The translations under genes were made by a program, and so were the position numbers. The notes beneath the pieces are model-generated. The model ran no database searches, was not told where the DNA came from, and saw only the letters and a program-made list of their open reading frames with translations. DNA of 64,000 nucleotides from Zootoca vivipara (lineage: Eukaryota). The stretch is from positions 49,290,001 to 49,354,000 of the forward strand of contig NC_083288.1 in the NCBI RefSeq assembly GCF_963506605.1, given 5' to 3'. Below, piece after piece: positions 24,857 through 37,726 of the stretch; position 1 is the first letter of the stretch; the number at the start of each line of letters is the position of its first letter.

Positions 24857-24989
24857 CATGGGCATAGCCAGGGGGGGCAGGGAAGGGGGCAGCTGCCCCA
24901 CAATCAATAAAAATACATAGCAAACTGTTAGGCTTGCCCCCCTAACAAAATGCCTGCCCCCACCCCAAAAAATCCTGGCTATGCTCATG
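24857..24989. mobile_element. hAT-type MITE
   Basis: catgggcatagccagg...cctggctatgctcatg; TSD gagttggt/gagttgtt. Confidence 0.75.
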
Positions 24990-26877
24990 GAGTTGTTGCA
25001 GCACTTTGAAAGTGGGTTCAAAACAAGTAGGATATTTGCAGTGTGGGAGGTTGGCAAAAGGAGGCGTTGATTCTATGCGCCATTTGAATTTGATGACACT
25101 TCGAAACTAATTCTCAATTCACTTTGAAACATGGTGTTGCATTTTGATGTGGTTTCTTTTGTACCTGTCCTGTGCTTTATCCAAGTGCGAGCAGCTCTGG
25201 GAAAAGGTCTGCTCTGGAAACCTGTATGCTTTAAACTTAAACAAAATATTCAAACTACTTGAGGGGGGGGGAGGAACGGGGACCTGAATGGGACAGAGAA
25301 ATCATTCTCCTAGTTTGCAGTCTTCCCCCAAACACACTTGCATAGACTTCCCTGGCCAATAGACCAATAGACCAATTACTCTTCTCCTGTCCAGTAGTCA
25401 AACTGCAGCTTGCCAGCTGCTTCTGGAAAGTTTGCAGCCAAGCAAACAGGACCGGCTGCGGTGTGCCAGGCTGGTAGGGTGGGGGCGCCGGAGTGATCTC
25501 CGCCCCTCAGCACCAGGGCGCACGACCTGCTCGAGACTGCCCTGCAAGCAAAGGTTATGGTATCCTTCTTGTTTGGGTCAAACACCCACTGCTACTACAG
25601 ACACCTAGAAAGCTTCCCTTTGGGGGACATAGCAACAGGGTGCAATCAATTTCTGGGCAGGACATTCTTTTCTTTCTGACATGGTGAAGATAGCAGCTAC
25701 ATAGGTAAGTATTTATAAGGAATAAAATAGACATGGTTCTAGTTTTGCCAGGAAATTTACAACCTGACTCAAGGCCTCTGACAACCTGTAACTGAGGCAA
25801 TCTAGCATTCGGTAGTGAGGGGTACAGAAGAAGTAAAATGGGAAATCTAGGCTCTCAGGATGGAGTCCAAACAACCCCAAGCAGGGTGAATAATACACCA
25901 GTCTCAGATGGTAACATTTTACTGATGCCCCCCACCCCAAAGCCCTCTGATAGAATCCAGCAATGACAAGAAAAGGTTGCTGTCTCTGTTGTGAAAAAAT
26001 AAGTCCCAAAGAGAACGCATTACAGAACAAGAACACCAAGAGCGTTATATAAATATATTGACAGTGTTGTGAGTGGGACAATTAGCAGGCTTCCCCTCCT
26101 TCAAAGATCCACACCCAAAGTTAATGAAGCAGGAGGAAGAAAGAGCTTTGATGAGCAAGCATTCCTCCAAGGTGAGGAATGTGTGTGTTTTAACTCCCTG
26201 GCCTCACTTCCTCTAAGGAGCTGAAGCTCAAGTTAATCAAATTCTCCTGCTTTTTTTTGTTTTAATGATCCCCTTTGTGCAACAAGCAGAAACAGCTAGA
26301 GGCAGGGAAGACATCCTGCCGGCAGAAACCTGAAAATGTTTCTTAGGTGAGGTTCACGTGGTAAGACTCACCTAACAAAATCTAAGCAGGTTTCACTGCT
26401 GTGATGGCCTTGCCCCACACAGAACCAAGCAGGCTGCAGTTTGGGGAGAGGATTTGAAGACTTCTACCCACATAAAAAAAAAAAAAAGGCAAAAGCAAAT
26501 TTGCAGCTGCCAGGGCAGATCAGGACTGCAAATATACCCACGGCTTGGAAAGGGTGTGATTACAAGAGGGTACCACCCATTTGCCCAGAAATCTGAAAAA
26601 GTTCAGCTTTGTTGCTATTTTTTTAAAGTTTCTGACTCATGGATTATGTGTGTGCACAGTACATTATTTACTGATTTATCATTGCCTATGTTTGGTCACA
26701 TCCACAGCACAATTTTGAAGCACTATGATGCCATAGTAATTCTGGGAGTTGCAGTTTGTTAAGCGTGTCGAAAGATGCCAGGAGGCCCCTATTCCTCTCC
26801 CTGAACTACCATTTCCCAGAGTTCCATGTGAAGAGGGATTGATGGTTAAACCACACTGAGATATTGTAGCTCTAGGA

Positions 26878-27013
26878 CAGGCCTGGCCAAAGTTGGCCCT
26901 CCAGATGTTTTGGGACTACAATCCCCATCATCCCTGACCCACCGGTCCTGTTAGCTAGGGGTGATGGGAGTTGTAGTCCCAAAACATCTGGAGGGCCAAC
27001 TTTGGCATGCCCG
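26878..27013. mobile_element. Palindromic hAT MITE (ACTACAA-containing family), nested in an older MITE (~26690-27110)
   Basis: Near-perfect hairpin; TSD ctctagga. Confidence 0.85.
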
Positions 27014-28036
27014 CTCTAGGAGATGTCCTAACAACTTTTGGCAGCCTTACAACTCCCAGGGTTCTTTGGGGGGACTGTTTAAAGTTGTATCATAGCACTT
27101 TAAATGTGGCCTAAGACAGTCTGAGTGTTCGTTAAGGGTAGTCTAAATAAAAAGGAGAACTGATGAAACACAGATAACAAGAGATTTGGGGAAGGGGGGG
27201 TAAGGAAAGACATCTATGCTTTGCAGCTACCCCACCAACACATGCAAGATCCCCCTGGTATTACTGTCTCTAGAGAAAAAAAGAATTCACTACTCGTGCA
27301 TGAAAACCAGGAGGAGCTTGCTTTGTATGTAAAGCAAACTCCTTGCAGCATTTTAATGAGAACTATTACGTAATTATCCAACTAAAGCCACCTCCCATGA
27401 CATGCAAGCCAACATAGGTTCTTAAGCCCCTGAGCCTTCGTATAGAAGAGACAGACATACATTAAACCCCCACCCCTTACACCAGCTGTAGTACAATGTC
27501 AAAATAAACCCCCTTCGTTTCAGCATGCTTTCGTGCAGATATTTACAGTGGATTATGCCCCAAATCACCACCGCAGGAGCATCTCATTCAAAAAGCGAGG
27601 CCAGCTTAGAAGCATTCCAGTTTGCTTCTCTGGGACCCCCCCCCCCCGATGCTTTCTGTTCCTCCTCCTCTTTCAGAGAGCTATGAAGGTAGCAAATTAT
27701 TGGAATAGAATGTCCTTCCGGGCCTGGGGATGAATGAAACCAGGTAACGGCCTACATCCATTTGTCCTGGGGCCAGGGAACTGTTTGAAGCCCTGCATCT
27801 GGCTCCTACTGCTTCTTGCTTCACAGCACAAAGCAGAAGAAAACTTTAAAGATATCCTTCTCAGTAGGTACTTGGATCTATGGAATCCAGCCAAAAAGGG
27901 GAGGTTCTGCGCCACAAACGACGTCCCCTCCACACCCCCAAGCAGGCATTTGCCAAAGGAAAAGGCGAAAAGAAGAATCTGGTTGGAGGGTGGTGGACTC
28001 TCTGCAAAGAGAAAGCTGCCAGCTGGGAAGGGATTT

Positions 28037-31000
28037 CTAGTGAACCGTTCGCTCCTTCTGCCTCTGGTAGTCTGGAAGGGAAATAGGAGAAAAAGAATGA
28101 GGGGCAGAACATAAAGACAGCATTCCTAGATCAGGACACAAGCCCTTCAAGTTCAGGATCCTGTTTCTCACGCCCACAATGTTGGCATGAAGGCAACACT
28201 CCCACTGTTGTTCCCCGACAACTGGTGTTCAAAAGGTAGACCAGCCCTGAAGCTGGAGGTTTCACTTAGCCATCACTGCCACAGACAGACCTCTCCTTCA
28301 GGAATTTGTCTAATAAATACCCCTTTTAAGCCCTCTATAGTGAAAGAGAGGTGCCTCCTCTTCCTACATGGAAATGTGACGGAACTCCACGCTACCCTGT
28401 TTCCCCTATTTTAAGACGTAGTCATAAAATAAGCCATAGCAGGATTTTTAAGCATTCAAGGAATATAAGCCATACCCCGAAAAGAAGACATAGTGATAAG
28501 CGCAGCAGCAATGCCAGCCACGGCAGGAGGAGGAGGAAAAAAAAACAAGACATCCCCTGAAAATAAGCCAGTGTTTTTGGGTTTTTTTGAAGAAAAATAA
28601 ATATAAGACGGTGTCTTGTTTTTGGAGAAACACGGTATTTTGAAATAGGGGTGTGTGTGTGTGTTTCATATTTTGGATTTGTGTAATGGGGGAGCACATT
28701 ATTGTCCCTCTCCTCTTTCATGAATATAGTGGGTCCCAGTTCACCTGATAAACATTCTCTTCCAAACAAGCCAAAGATTTTGCAAAGAGCAGCGGCAGCA
28801 ACAACAGCACTTACTATATGGGAAGAATCGGACTCTCATAATGATCTCCCGAGCAGTTTTCAGGATCTCCACAGCCTGTAGGGGAAGGGGGAAAACAACA
28901 GATGAAGAACTGAACCAAGAAGGGCATCACACTGGGCTGAATCATTGATTCTCTGCCTTTCCTTCCCAGTGTAGAAGGCATCCCATGAGCCTTCAGACCA
29001 CATCCTGTGGCTGCTCCATGCAGGCCTCTGGTTTATTTTCCTCCTCTCACCTTGCTGTGCTCGATATCCTGGAAGTCGACGTCATTAACTGCCAGCACTT
29101 GGTCTCCTTCCTGCAATCCAGCTCGGTGTGCATCTGAATCCGGGATCACCTGGGATCAGGAGAGGCAAGACCACCCTTCAGACAGAGGCCAGGAACTGCA
29201 AATGCCCCCATGCGACTCAACCCCCTTGGCATCTTGGGGAAGCTGGCCCCATCCCGTCACACAACTGCGCTCTGCCACTTCCAAACCTTTCACCCCCCAA
29301 ATGGTGCAGCAATAAAACTGCAGGCGCATTTGTGGAGCTCAGCAGGGTCCGGTGTAGTCTCAAATTGGATGAGAGACTGCATGTTGAGATTCATGTATGG
29401 CTAGGGGTCGGACTACATGACCCTCAGGGTCCCTTCCACCTCTATGATTCTATGAATCCAATGGGTTCAGAAGCTCTGTTGAATGGAGCAGAACTTGCTT
29501 GCAACACAGGAAGGACTGAGCAGCTGGTTTCCTTGCCAGTTGTAATGAAACAGCAAAAGGAAAAGGTTTAGGACAAAGGCACAAAAATGAACACTGAGGC
29601 TGCTGGGAGGGGCAGGCAGGATTCCTCCCTTCATTTTTATTTTGAAAACCTGCAAATCATGCTAATAGCAGCTAAACTGAAATAAACTGTTCTATTTTTA
29701 AATCCAAGCATTCTTCTGCTGGAGGAGACTCTTGAGAGTCCAATAGACTGCAACAAGATCAAACCTATCCATTCTGAAGGAAATCAGCCCTGAGTGCTCA
29801 CTGGAAGGACAGATCGTGAAGCTGAGGCTCCAATACTTTGGCCACCTCATGAGAAGAGAAGAATCCTTGGGAAAGACCCTGATGTTGGGAAAGATTGAGG
29901 GCACTAGGAGAAGGGGACGACAGAGGACGAGATGGTTGGACAGTGTTCTCGAAGCTACCAACATGAGTTTGACCAAACTGCGGGAGGCAGTGGAAGACAG
30001 GAGTGCATGGCGTGCTATGGTCCATGGGGTCACGAAGAGTCGGACATGACTAAACGACTCAACAACAACAACAATTCTTCTTTTATTTGAGTCATGTGAT
30101 AAAGTAGAGTAATTTTAGATTAATTTTTTTAAACCAAGATCTGTATGAAACGTCTAAGTCATTTACAAAAAAATAATCATTTGAAGTTGCAATCCTTGGC
30201 CTGTTTGTTTGGTAATAGGTATGTGGCATAAGCTTCCAAGGAAACATGCATAATAAATGATGGATATTCTTCACAGAGAAAGTGAATCTCATCAAGTAAT
30301 TTGGCAAAGGAATGGACTATTTTATGCTTTATTGAAATTAACATATCAGATTAGATGGGGTGTTTTTCTATAATTTCATATACTAACTTAAACACAAAAT
30401 TCTCATAGGATGAAACTGCAGGTCATTCGACAAGTGCAACATATAATAAGAACTGGTGAATGAATTTTACTTTTTCCTCTGCTCTCTTCGACCCCTTTAC
30501 CTTTTGTGTTATGCCTTTTAAATTGCAAATCTGTGGGCAGGGACTACCTTGTTTTGTGATCTCACATAAACTGCTCTGGGAGCCTTCTCGTCTGAAGCAG
30601 TGGCATTGTAATGGGGGGGGCGGGGGGGCCGCCCCGGGTGGCAGGCCGGGCAGGGGGCAGCAGGCTGGATGGGGGTGACCACCTCCGACTGCCGTCGCCG
30701 CCCCTGCGAGCGCCCCTCGCCACCCACGTGGAGGCGAGGCCGGGGTGCACTGCGCAAAGAGCTCCGGCGGCTTCCGAGCCGACTCCTCCACGGCGTCTCC
30801 TCCCTGACAAAGGAGCTGCCCTCCGCCAGCAGCGCAGCCCTCGCCCGCCTCCACGATGGCCCTGAAGAAAGCCAGGCGGCGGGCAAGCAGGACCAGCCCC
30901 TGTGGAGCCAGCGCAAACTGGCTGTGAGAAGAACCGCCTCGAGTGCGGTAAGGACGGGCCTGAGGGAGAGGCCTGCCGGACACCGCCCGCCGCTGGCTGC

Positions 31001-33057
31001 TGTGTCGCCGCGTCATATCCCTCCTGTGCGTGCATGTGTTGTGTGTCACGACGCATGCGTGTGATGGATAACACCCCCCCCCCCGCCTTCAGGTTTGCCG
31101 TCCCGGACGGCCAGGCGGCTAGCTACGCCACTGGGCTGAAGATCATGATAAAAATGCTTTAAAAAGAAATGACCAGCAAACCTACTGTAATTAATTTACT
31201 TGTCAAGGAAGTAACAGAACTAGGCAGCCATGAGGTCAGGACTAAAGATCAACGCACCTTAGAGATGAAGATCCCCAGTTGTGATGCTTTTCCTCCTCGA
31301 ATATTAAAGCCCAGCTAGAAAGGAAACAGATTAGCGTTGGAGATTTGGAAGCTCAACATATAGATTGTTCCTGAATACTGTCTTCTTCCAGACTGTTATT
31401 TCTGCTCCAGGCCTTTGGGTGACAGAGGTCTACCTCATCGTTGCCTTTTTACTGCAACCCACAATGACCCCATGAAATAGAGGAACTGTTACCAATGGCC
31501 AGATGGATAAAATACAATTTGTAAAGCACAGGGCAGGTTACAAATGCAGAGAATCCCCTCCAAGGATAGCTAACTTTTCAGTAGATAGAGCATGGGTGAG
31601 GAACCCAGTATCCTCCAGATGTTTCAGACTATAACTCCTATCATTTCCGACCATTGCCCATCCTGACTGGGGCTGATGGGAGGTGGAGTCCAAAAAAGTC
31701 CGGAGGACCTAGTGTTTTCCAAGCCTGGTGTGGAGAGCCTACAATCCCAGCTGAGAAAACCTCTCACACCCTTGTAATCCCCATCTCCCGCAAGTCCCCT
31801 AAGAGTGGGCCACGTCTCACCTGTGCCCCTGGAGGTTTTTTCAACACAATGGTACGAGGCAGGAATTGGGTCAGCTCGTTGTTATAATCCGAATGGTAAA
31901 TTCTCTGGGGGGGAAAGCAAGGTACAAAACTAAAATAAAATAAATGGCAAGGTGAATTTCATTGTGGAAATCAGAAACTTATTGGGCTTCATTGTAGCAT
32001 TCCATTGCCTGGTTCTGGTCCAAGAAGACTTAAGAAAAATGGCTGAAGAGTAACTTGGATCATAGCTGCCAAGTTTTCCCTTTTCTCGTGAGGAAGCCTA
32101 TTCAGCATAAGGGAATTTCCCTTTAAAAAAGGGAGAACTTGGCAGCTATGACTTGGATCTCTTTTAAAACCTTACAACCAGACATCACCAGACTGCTGTA
32201 GAAGAGGGTTAGCCAACTCCCAACTCTAATCAGCACCTAGCAGTATGGATTATATAACATATCAAAGTGATTTAACAATACAAACAGCAACAATAAAAAA
32301 ACATAAATAAATTATTTCATATATGAAAACGCTTTGGAATCCAGTAGATACAGTCTGGGGGGAAAGTCTCCACTGAGTCATCTTGTTGAAAGAGGAAGGT
32401 GTTCAACAGGTGCTGAGCTGGCACCTGCCTGATACATGAGAGAAATCCACAGGGTAGGTTTAGGCCCAGTTCCTAGATCATACGGAATAATAATAATAAT
32501 AATTTGTTGTCATTTATTATTATTATTATTATTACTAGTATCATTAAGCCCGTTAAATAAACGGGCGCTAGGGCATATGTGGTGAAACATTTGTAAGAAC
32601 AGACTTGTTATAGTGCATAAAAAAGTGGACAACCATGCAGTTGATTTGTATCTTATTTTAAATTATTCTTGTCCCAAGATGTATAGCGCTTTGTACACCA
32701 GTTCCAAAATCTTTAAAATAGCCTGGTAGCTAATTGGCAGCTAGCGGAATTAATTCAACAGCTGTGTAAGATGATGGAGATAGTCTGACCGGGTGAGCAG
32801 TTAAGCTGCTGTAGTTTGCACTAGCGTCCAGGACAATGCCAGGAGCAGGTCCCACTAGACGTGCACTGCAGTAGTCTAGCCTAGGGGTTACCAGCAAATG
32901 GATAACAATGGCCAGACTTTCTTAAAGACCCACGGGTCTTTTAGATACACACTTCATGAGGAGGGATCCAGGTAGGAGGGCTCTCGTAGGGAGGCAGAAA
33001 CACCACGGGATAGTCATCATACGGGATCCGGCCACAGCCACCACCTCCGATATCCAT
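28037..33057 (-). CDS. PDZD11: PDZ domain-containing protein 11, complete CDS (146 aa)
   Basis: Exons (-): 33057-32953, 31904-31821, 31314-31258, 29149-29051, 28875-28815, 28071-28037; all GT-AG, 441 nt; MDIGGGGCGRIPYDDYPVVFLPPYESPPTWIPPHE RIYHSDYNNELTQFLPRTIVLKKPPGAQ LGFNIRGGKASQLGIFISK VIPDSDAHRAGLQEGDQVLAVNDVDFQDIEHSK AVEILKTAREIIMRVRFFPYNYQRQKERTVH*. Confidence 0.96.
28395..28635. mobile_element. Tc1/mariner MITE in PDZD11 last intron
   Basis: TA-ccctgtttcccc...gagaaacacgg-TA. Confidence 0.8.
29718..30073 (+). mobile_element. BovB (RTE) LINE 3' fragment
   Basis: KLRLQYFGHLMRREESLGKTLMLGKIEG; (CAA)n tail; TSD attcttct. Confidence 0.92.
30598..31133. mobile_element. GC/CpG-rich non-autonomous hAT-like element
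   Basis: Termini cagtggca.../...tacgccactg; TSD gtctgaag/ggctgaag. Confidence 0.7.
32061..32150. mobile_element. hAT-type MITE (copy 3 of 4)
   Basis: TSD acttggat. Confidence 0.9.
32535..32660 (-). mobile_element. Helitron 3'-end fragment
   Basis: RC ends gcccgtt-tattt-aacgggc-ttaatgata-CTAG|t (subterminal hairpin + CTRR); 5' limit uncertain. Confidence 0.6.
32670..32915 (-). mobile_element. Old L2 fragment
   Basis: RC reads roughly LVTPRLDYCSA...LPISYQA..KILELVYKALY. Confidence 0.55.
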
Positions 33058-33717
33058 TTTGGAGTCAGCACAGAGCTGTGAAAGCTCCAGACGATCGTTC
33101 CGAAGATGGGATGTCAATTCTGGAGAGAAAACAGTATACGTGGCCTGTCAACTTTCCTTCCAAGTCACATATGCTTCAAGGCAAGGAGAAATTAATGGGG
33201 AAAATACACCCACACCCAAAAAGCTAGCGAGTTGATGTGGTATAAATAAGAGTCTTTTTTGTTAACTGTAAGTTTGTTCTAAAGTTGTCGTCTTTTCCTC
33301 CTCTCCAAAAAACTTTTGTGCTTTAAACTTTTGCATGATTGCTTTTAAAAATCAAGTACAGTTTTCTCCCAGTTCAGAGATGTGAGAGTGGGAAAAAGCT
33401 ATACTTGATGAATCCTATATCTGTCAGAACACTATTAAAATCTGGTCTCTTTTAAACTAGCTTTGAACACATCTCTTTTTAGAAGATCCTTTGGAGTTTA
33501 AATTGCCACACAGGATAATGATGTTCATTTGTCCAGGGCTGGGTTTAATAATATTTTGCTGTTTAAATGTAACAGGTTTTCATTTCATTCCTCTACCCCG
33601 AGCAGGAGGAGAGCTGGAGGGGGGAGATGTTTTCATGCTATTTGAAAACATATATACAAATGGCAAATATGTTTTATGTCTACTTGCTATTTTAGCTTTA
33701 TTTTATGCATATACAGA

Positions 33718-34400
33718 TCATAGAATCATAGAGTTCGAAGAGACCACAAGGGCCATCCAGTCCAACCCATAGCTGCCAAGTTTTCCCTTTTCTCGCGAGG
33801 AAGCCTATTCAGCATAAGGGAAAATCCCTGTAAAAAAGGGATAACTTGGCAGCTATGGTCCAACCCCCTGCCAAGCAGGAAACACCATCAAAGCATTCTT
33901 GGCATATGCTTGTCAAGCCTCTGCTTAAAGACCTCCAAAGAAGCAGACTCCACCATACTCCTTGGCAGCAAATTCCACTGTCGAACAGCTCTTACTGTCA
34001 GGAAGTTCTTCCTAATGTTTAGGTGGAATCTTCTTTCTTGTAGTTTGAATCCATTGCTTCGTGTCCGCTTCTCTGGAGCAGCAGAAAACAACCTTTCTCC
34101 CTCCTCTATATGGCATCCTTTTACATATTTGAACATGGCTATCATATCACCCCTTAACCTTCTCTTCTCCAGGCTAAACATACCCAGCTCCCTAAGCCGT
34201 TCCTCATAAGGCATTGTTTCCAGGCCTTTGACCATTTTGGTTGCCCTCTTCTGGACACGTTCCAGCTTGTCAGTATCCTTCTTGAACTGTGGTGCCCAGA
34301 ACTGGACACAGTACTCCAGGTGAGGTCTGACCAGAGCAGAATACAGTGGTACTATTACTTCCCTTGATCTAGATGCTGTACTCCTATTGATGCAGCCCAG
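33718..34400 (-). mobile_element. CR1 3' fragment (intact frame), with MITE in its 3'UTR
   Basis: ORF 33888-34466(-) [17 protein letters not shown]...KHMPRML. Confidence 0.93.
33768..33857. mobile_element. hAT-type MITE (copy 4 of 4)
   Basis: TSD gtccaacc. Confidence 0.9.
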
Positions 34401-35099
34401 ATCTCGGATTAAGTGGGAGATAAATAATGCCAAACAAAGATAAATAAAATATATATCTGCTCCCATTTATACACGTACACAGTACAATGAATGCATATGC
34501 CAAAGACTCATATAGCCTATACCAGCCTTCATTCCTCACTGCTTAACTACTGTCATGAAGTAGTGATTTTGCAAGCAAGTATCGCTGGGTGGTTAACAAT
34601 TAGTTAACAATTCACAATTAGTCCCCAAAGTGGGAGCTGATGATGGGGTGGGCTGGCTGCCAGCATTCCCCAGCCCCTATAAATCTTTGATTAACCTGCC
34701 AAGGGGAGGAGAAAACATGTCGTAGATCAGACTGCCGCTTGATGTCTGTAGCTGGTGCTACAGAGAATATGCCAATAAAGCCTGATAACCCGTTCGGTGC
34801 CTATGTGTGAGTTATTCAAAGCTCGGAGGGAGGACTTGGGAAAGCGACCTCCTCCTTGGCATAACGGCATAGCTGCGGATTCGAACAGGAGTTTTGGAGC
34901 TTCAGCACCTTGCGTGTGAATGGCAAGCGGCCGTTCAGATGGCGGAAAGTGTTCATCAATTCCACCCACCAACATGTGCAGAGAGATCTGTTATTTCTCC
35001 CTGGAATTGAAGAGGAGGGGGAAAGAAACAGCCCAAGGTGTGCTATCCCTTACCAATAACAGCAATGGCACTCTCAAAACTACCTCCCTACCTCTTGAC

Positions 35100-35235
35100 C
35101 AGGCATAGGCAAACTCTGGCCCTCCAGATGTTTGGGACTACGATTCCCATCATCCCTAGCTAGCAGGATCAGTGGTCAGGGATGATGGGAATCGTAGTCC
35201 CAAACATCTGGAGGGCCAGAGTTTGCCTATGCCTG
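35100..35235. mobile_element. Palindromic hAT MITE (ACTACAA family)
   Basis: caggcataggcaaactc...gagtttgcctatgcctg; TSD ctcttgac/ctcttgat. Confidence 0.85.
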
Positions 35236-35799
35236 CTCTTGATGCTAAGGCCCCACATCTGAACCATACATTTAATGCATCATCACACAATTTTATAAAC
35301 ATTCATGGCTTTGCCTAAAGATTCCTGGGAACTGTAGTTTGCTAAGTGTGCCAAGAGCTGTTAGGAGACCCCCCCCAGTCCCCTGGCAAGAGAGATCGAC
35401 TGTTAAACCACCCTGGGAACTGTAGCTTTGTGAGGAGAATGGGAGGGATTGGGGGGGGGGGGTCTCCTAACGACTCTCAGCAACCTTAACGAAGTACAGC
35501 TCCCAGAATCCTTTGGGGGAATGCCATGGCTGTTCAAAGCGACATCACAGCGCTTTCAATTCATGGTGCGGATGGGGCCTTACAGTGGAAACCTAGAGAT
35601 GTCTACTCAGAGGTGAGCCCTGCGAAGTTTCCATAGGAGGACCTGCTCCCAGAGGATTCTCCCCACCCCATGCCCACTTACCTAGGAGTAACCCCCAGGG
35701 AACTCCATGGGACTTACTTCTGAGGAGACACCCAGAGGGCTGCGAAATCAAGAGTGCCTCCCTTTGGATCCACTCCCACAAGAGCTCAGCGGGACCTAC

Positions 35800-36800
35800 T
35801 CCAGAGTAAAGGGGCACAGAGGCGTCCTATCCGCTCCTGGTTTTTTCCTCCCTGGAAGAACCGGCCTTCCTCCTCCTGCTGATCAGCTGAGCTCGCAGGA
35901 ACAAACACCAGGCTCGTCCTCCTCCAATCAAAGGAGGCTCCTCCCCCGCCAGCCACCCAATAAAAACAGAAGGATATCACTACTCTACTCCTACCGTAGT
36001 TGGGCTGCCTGTCAGCGAAGGAAGCCTGACGGTTGGTTGGGTTTCTCAGGAGGCGGGGATAATAAGGCGCTCCAGCCTCTGAGGGAATCACGTTTCGACG
36101 GGGAGAGTGGGGAGGAGTCGGGCCTGTTTTAAAACCCACCATTTTAATAGCTGCGACTCTGAATGTGCTGGAAGGCCAGGGCATACATATTTCAAATTGG
36201 GGGGGGGGGCGATTTAAAATGCGAGGAAACGGTATTTGTTCACTTTTCCATCCTTCTTTTAATGGCAACCAACTTCTCGCCCCCAACAGAAAGGGATTGG
36301 GGCTGGGCGTGAGACTGCTCCGGAGGTTGCCGTGGCAACGGTTGCTAGGCGCGCGGTCTCTAAGGCGCAGCATGTGACCCAACGGTCACTTCTGTGAGGT
36401 AAAGGAGGAGAGAGGCCTGCTCACTGCTTTGTTCCCTCAGGCCGGCTCCCTCCATTTAAAAATTGATCTACACCATCCTGGGGGGTTAAAAAAGGAAGGG
36501 CAGTATACAACATTAACCCATAAATGAATGAGAGAGTTCTCTCACACGCATCTTTTAAGGAAAGGGTTGACAATATACAGTCCTGGTTTCCTAGCTCTTG
36601 CCTCACGATAGACGCCATTTTGATCTCGCCGGGGCAGGGAAGCAACGTCCGTCCGGAGCTTGGAAGAACTACAATTCCCATCAGCCCCAGCAACGATGAC
36701 GAGGGGGATGTCATCACTCGGCGTCAAGGCCGGGATTTGTCTTTCCGAGTCTCACCCGCTTCACAGGATCACAGATCTATGGCCACGTCGCTTCATAAAA
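35800..36800 (-). promoter_or_regulatory. CpG-rich putative PDZD11 promoter/first exon
   Basis: RFX X-box gttgccgtggcaac 36326-36339; YY1-like gacgccattttg ~36611; ZNF143-like actacaattccca ~36668; strong - strand donor ag|gtaagt at ~35681. Confidence 0.6.
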
Positions 36801-37064
36801 ACAAAAATTAATCTATATTTCGGTTTCAGAAAACAAACTAAACTGTGATCATGTTTTTGAGCTGCGCAGATAGTTGTGTGACGAGACCTCTGTAAACTGC
36901 AGTCAACTGATTTAGCAGAGTTTTCTTCCTTTCTCTCTCGCAAACAGTGGACAATAACAGAAGTTTTAAAGATGACTCACAAATTCTGTGAAGTCTCTTG
37001 CAGAGATTTTATTCCCTGACCGGGTACAAGCATTACAGTAGCAAATATATTTTTCAACTGTTAG

Positions 37065-37590
37065 AATCTCCTTCTTCGGGGATCATTCGTAGATGAGTGG
37101 ATCACGGTGTGGATTTGCCAAGCATGCCTTCCTCTTAGCACGTTTCTCCCTTGCGTCCTGAGTTCAAGTGTCTTCAAAGCCCATGACACCTTTGGTAAAG
37201 GCTGTTCTCCAACTCGCAGGCCAGTGTTTCCCAATTGTCGGTGTTTATATTACATTTTTAAAAATTTGCCTTGAGAGAGTCTTCAAAGCTCTTTTGTTGA
37301 CCACCAGCATTACGCTTTCCATTTTTAAGTTCGGAATAGAGTAGTTGCTTTGGAAGACGATCACCAGGCATCCGCACATGACCAGGCCAACGAAGTTCAT
37401 GTTGAAGAATCATTGCTTCAACACTGGTGATCTTTGCTTCTTCCAGTACACTGGTATTAGTTCGCCTGTCTTCCCAAGTGATGTGTGTAAACAATTTTTG
37501 GAGACACCATTGATGGAATCTTTTGAGAAGTTGGAGGTGGCTTTTATAAATGGCCCATGTTTCACAAGCATACAGCAAGGTTGGCAGTAC
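37065..37590 (-). mobile_element. RTE-clade LINE fragment
   Basis: LYACETWAIY..HITWEDRRTNTSVLEEAKITSVEAMIL..LRWPGHVRMPGDRLPKQLLYSEL. Confidence 0.85.
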
Positions 37591-37726
37591 AATAGGACCT
37601 AATGGTCAGGGGCCCCTTTACCTTTAGCTTTATACCTCTTTATATTTTTAAGAAAAATCTCAAAGGGGTTTGCAGCATATTAAAACATCAATAAAACAAT
37701 CTGAAGAAAGTCACATATATTCTGCA

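Noticed and set aside
24400-28000. ARR3/RAB41 exons expected from human synteny
   Set aside because: No matching peptides found by eye; a tBLASTn would be needed to exclude them fully
30423-31162. Several 100-200 aa overlapping ORFs
   Set aside because: Low-complexity GC-rich TE interior; no recognisable domain
34695-35000. Possible extra PDZD11 5' exon or ORF 34727-34975
   Set aside because: Splice signals only moderate and no recognisable product
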